Part shown: positions 60,293 through 64,000 of the stretch, one piece after another
Layout of the letters: every line of letters begins with the position of its first letter
How positions within the stretch are numbered: the stretch's first letter is position 1
Source of the DNA: Callorhinchus milii
Taxonomy: Eukaryota
Direction of reading: 5' to 3'
Length of the DNA stretch: 64,000 nucleotides
Assembly: GCF_018977255.1 (NCBI RefSeq)
Contig: NW_024704743.1
Location: forward strand, 99,636,001-99,700,000
Notes under the pieces: generated by a model
Database searches by the model: none
What the model was told of the DNA's origin: nothing
Seen by the model: only the letters and a program-made list of their open reading frames with translations
Translations under genes and position numbers: made by a program

Positions 60293-62789
60293 AACAATTT
60301 AATCCTATCAATCATTTTAGAAAAGACAAGAATGCTAATTTTTTACACAAGCTGTTCAGAGTAGCTAATTAATTTAACTCAATTATAGAGTATTGATAAA
60401 ACAAAGCTTGTGTTATATGAAAGTCTAGAATAAGATGAAATGGTGGATGTTAACTATATGAAGCAAACCATCATTTCAAGGATAGTATTTTATACCCAAC
60501 CAAAATTAATGCTATAATTCATAACTGAAGTTACCCAATACATTCCAATACTCATAATAGATTTTCTGTGGTTGAAATGGGCTTGACTAGTGTGTGGTTT
60601 GTGTGTGCTATGGAATGTATGCTGCTATCAGAGTTGTGAAGTTCAAAGACTTTTGTTTTGCACAATGTTTGCAATGTAAGGCAGTAAAGGGGCAGACAAA
60701 ACTGGAGAGATTAGTTGATGCACACAGGAAGGCCACTGAATGTGAGTGGCTGGTTGTTGGTGTCCAGCAAGAAGGAGACATGTTGGGGGAGGACTATTTA
60801 CAAAAGCTATATGATAAAGAAAAGTTGGGTTGAGGTTGAGGAAAAGAGGCTATTATTTGAGTAGTGATAAGACAAGTTATTTAGTAATTCCTTGATATCC
60901 ATATCCTTTATTCTGGCAGAAAAATGGATATCAATGGTATGCTAAATAATTGGGATCAGTGGTAGGAAATGACCTGATATTGGTGGTGATGTTGGAATAA
61001 ATAATATAAAAAACCCAAAGTTTAAGATATGTAAAAGGGGTTTACATATGTAAGAGAAATTTCAGACATCATTCATTGGAAATAAGGGCAAAAAATAAAT
61101 CACAAAATTTGAGGTATTGGCATAAGGCAAGTAAACTTGTGATTGGCAGGAATTCCCCATTTTCCACTAATTGGTAAATTTGAGGATCTTGATAGTATGA
61201 TCTTAAAATGGGATTTTCTCCATAATAAATTCACATCTCCTAAGCCTGTAAATCTATAGACCAGCAGAGAATAAAAAGCTGTGGCCAAATTAGATCTATA
61301 AATTTAGTGAATTTTGGATAATAATCTTACCAAGAACATAATAAGTTATTAAATGGGGCTATTTGGGGGGAAAAGGAGAAATGGTGCAGAATAAATGGGC
61401 TGCATCTCAAACGGGAATCTGCTTGTTAAAACAGAGAATTATCCAGTCAGACTCTTAGGTCACTGAAGCTGAAGGCAGCATAGAAGGTGAGAGGAGCCAC
61501 TACCTTAATTGTGGGGTAACATGTAAATATACTGTGGGAGGAGAGGAAGAAAGACAAAAAAAGAAAATGAAAATTATAAAATGGAGCATACAGAGTTAAT
61601 GGTTATTTTGTCTACAAAACACACAGTCACTACACTTTACAGTATATCCTTACAGAAGTCGCTCAAGACAGTCTGTCACCCTAGACAAAAAAAAGTTTGA
61701 TAGTTTTAGTTTTAACTTAAGAGAGATGAATGCCTACAAGCCACTGCTAACATGTGGCACTCTCTGCAGCCCCATTGCCCGTGTCAATTTCGTTGTTTGA
61801 ACACTCAAAAAAAATTGCTCACCCAGAAATGTCGCCCTAGGCAGTCTGATGCCCGAGGCTCTTGAAGGAAAGCGGAAGAGTTAATGGAGCCGTCAGCAGG
61901 AAATGCACCTTGCCTCATAGATTGAGTATTGTATGTGGAGACTCCTATATGTCTTTTATTTATCAGTCTTCCACTCCATATCCTTTATGGATTTATGGAT
62001 TGGAGCCGAGGTCTCATAAGTTGCTGAGAAATGCAAAGGTTTCCTACTGGAGAAATATTTTACAATGCAAGAGTCTTTTTCCAGCCGTGAAGCCCCAGTG
62101 ACACTTATAACAACTTGCATTTATACCGAGTCCTTCACGCCCGACAGCAGCTTGGAGCGCTTAATTGTTTTCCTGAAGAACATTTTTCACCCTCCACCTC
62201 CTACCAACATGTTTAATACAAGTTAATTCTTATAAGGAGAGAAAGGAGCAAAAATTCCAAATTGTCTTTTGGTCCAAACCTCCTGTGTTCTTGGGATTTA
62301 GCACTTTTCTTTTGTTATCGCATAAAACAAGAAAAGAAGGAAAGTTTAGTACAATGATCTCACATAGATTTGGGAAATAGGAGCTGGAGTTACAGTAATG
62401 TTTGATCCCAGTGCAGGAAGCACATTGACCAGAATTGGGTCATCAGGCTGATTCATCCTTTTGCTGCAGAGTGAAATGCCTGACACTCTGCAAGGATGGA
62501 CTTATTTTCAGCCATTCTTACGTGAGTACATCAATTCTGAATCATTAATTTTTAAATCTGTTCCTGTTTTTTTAAGAAAAAAAAAGGCTTGCAAGACGTC
62601 AGATGAAATGAAACAGGAGTCAGAAATATTGTGAAAACCAGCAGACAAAACTGGCCACTTAACTTCCGGCTTTGTTGCTGCCAGATAACTGGCACATTAG
62701 TGCCAAAGTACCATGTACTTATCAGAGATTTCAATATATAGGAAAACACCACCAAAAAAATGCCTTCACAAAGGGCATTTTGCATCAAG

Positions 62790-63115
62790 AGGCAGTCCCA
62801 AGTTGCTGGAAACATCTCAAAGTGCTTCACAGAGATACACTGGGAGCTCAATCAGGGAAGAATAGGTGGGGCGATAAGAGAGATGTGGCTTAACAAACAG
62901 ATAAAATTATAAGTTTTTTAGATGGCTTTAAAAAGCAGCAAGTGAGGTGCGATGTACAGAGAGTTAGGGAGAGAGTTCCAGGTGTTTGTAGCAAAGTTGC
63001 TGAAAGCTCCCCCAGTGATGGTAGGGTGGAGAATGTGCAACACGCCTGAGTTAGCGGAGGGGAGGGAGTGAATGGGGAAGTGGAACCTCAGAACATCAGA
63101 GATTGGGCAGGATTG
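62790..63115 (-). mobile_element. Degenerate L2 3' fragment
   Basis: SGVLHILHPTITGGAFSNFATNTWNSLPNSL..FKAI. Confidence 0.75.
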
Positions 63116-64000
63116 TGCACTACCTCCTCGGATTTCACTGCCCTTCTCTCCTCCCTGAACCTCACCCTTCACTTTAACTCGCTGACCCACAACCGTGGCC
63201 ACCCCCTCGACCTTATCATCACACATGGCCTTGACATTTCCGACCTGTCCGTCACGGACAAACCCATCTTGGACCACTTCCTCATCTCCCTCTCCTCCCG
63301 CACCCCACTCCTCTCTACCAAGTCCTCCACCATTTTTTTCCGCCCCTGGAAAAGGCTTTCCCTTTGGCCCTCCACCCACAGCAATCCTGATGCAGCCATC
63401 AAGCTGCTGAATGACCGTCTCTCCACAACCTTCAATTCCCGGCTCCCTTGAAATCCAGGGTTGTTTCCAAACCCACCCATTCCCCCTGGGACAACAATCT
63501 TCTCCACTCACTAAAACCCCAAACCGGACTCTCGAGTGCAGATGGCAGAAATCTAGCCTCACAATTCACTGCCAGCTGTGGCTCGAGCACCTCCACACCT
63601 ACCGCCTCTCCCTTTCACAGGTCAAAACTGCCTTTTAATCCAAAGCTATCCTGGAGGCAAACAACAATCCAAACACACTGTTTTCCACCGTCCATTACCT
63701 CCTCCTTGCATCCCCTCAAGCCCCCTCTATCCTCACATCAAACAACAAGTGCAAAGGGATCCTAGATTTCTTGGCCTCAAAGATTGAAAATATCTACTTG
63801 GCTGCATCATCCTTCCCACCCCATGTTTGCTTCCACGCCAACCAGACCATCCACACTGCCTTCTCCCTCCGCCACAGCTCCTGCCACTTCTGCCTTCTTA
63901 CACTCTTTACCCCATTTCTCCCTCCTCCCTCTCGACCAGAATCACCCGCATGTAGTTCACCACCTACTGCCTCAACCCTCTCCCCACCCAGCTGCTGGTC
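63116..64000 (+). mobile_element. L2 LINE ORF2 fragment (end of the APE endonuclease plus linker), running off the window
   Basis: THNRGHPLDLIITHGL...LDHFLISLS; 63500-64000 is closely related to 16560-17060. Confidence 0.92.

Noticed and set aside
61862..62101. 79-aa ORF in CpG-containing unique sequence
   Set aside because: No ATG start, no convincing splice sites and no recognisable motif; may be regulatory but unsupported

Overview
Eukaryotic, repeat-rich, mostly intronic or intergenic DNA. The repeat set points to a cartilaginous fish, probably a chimaera such as elephant shark (inference): L2 LINEs with (TTG)n tails, CR1 LINE 3' ends, a young tRNA-Ala-headed SINE with an L2-type (ATT)n tail, and old SacSINE1/DeuSINE-like elements. 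There are no prokaryotic genes, CRISPR arrays or rRNA genes. Nearly all long ORFs in the track are L2, CR1 or Gypsy debris, antisense shadows of these, or microsatellite read-through. The main non-repeat signals are: (1) a phase-consistent chain of minus-strand exons at 277-3264 encoding a protein I cannot name, with two in-frame stops in one exon, plus strong but mostly non-coding minus-strand candidate exons up to a CpG-rich putative first exon near 57.0 kb and several RFX X-box motifs; (2) a ~295-codon minus-strand frame at 6772-7656 with only two internal stops; (3) an HSP70 pseudogene fragment at 40097-40286; (4) a U2 snRNA 5' match at 46144 followed by ~190 bp with U2-like layout but an altered branch-point-pairing sequence. 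Mobile-element observations include a palindromic MITE family (~9 copies), hAT and Tc1/mariner MITEs, two integrase fossils, an L2 nested in a CR1, an internally inverted L2, and recurrent tandem microduplications at L2/SINE 5' junctions. Repeat boundaries were read by eye and are approximate.
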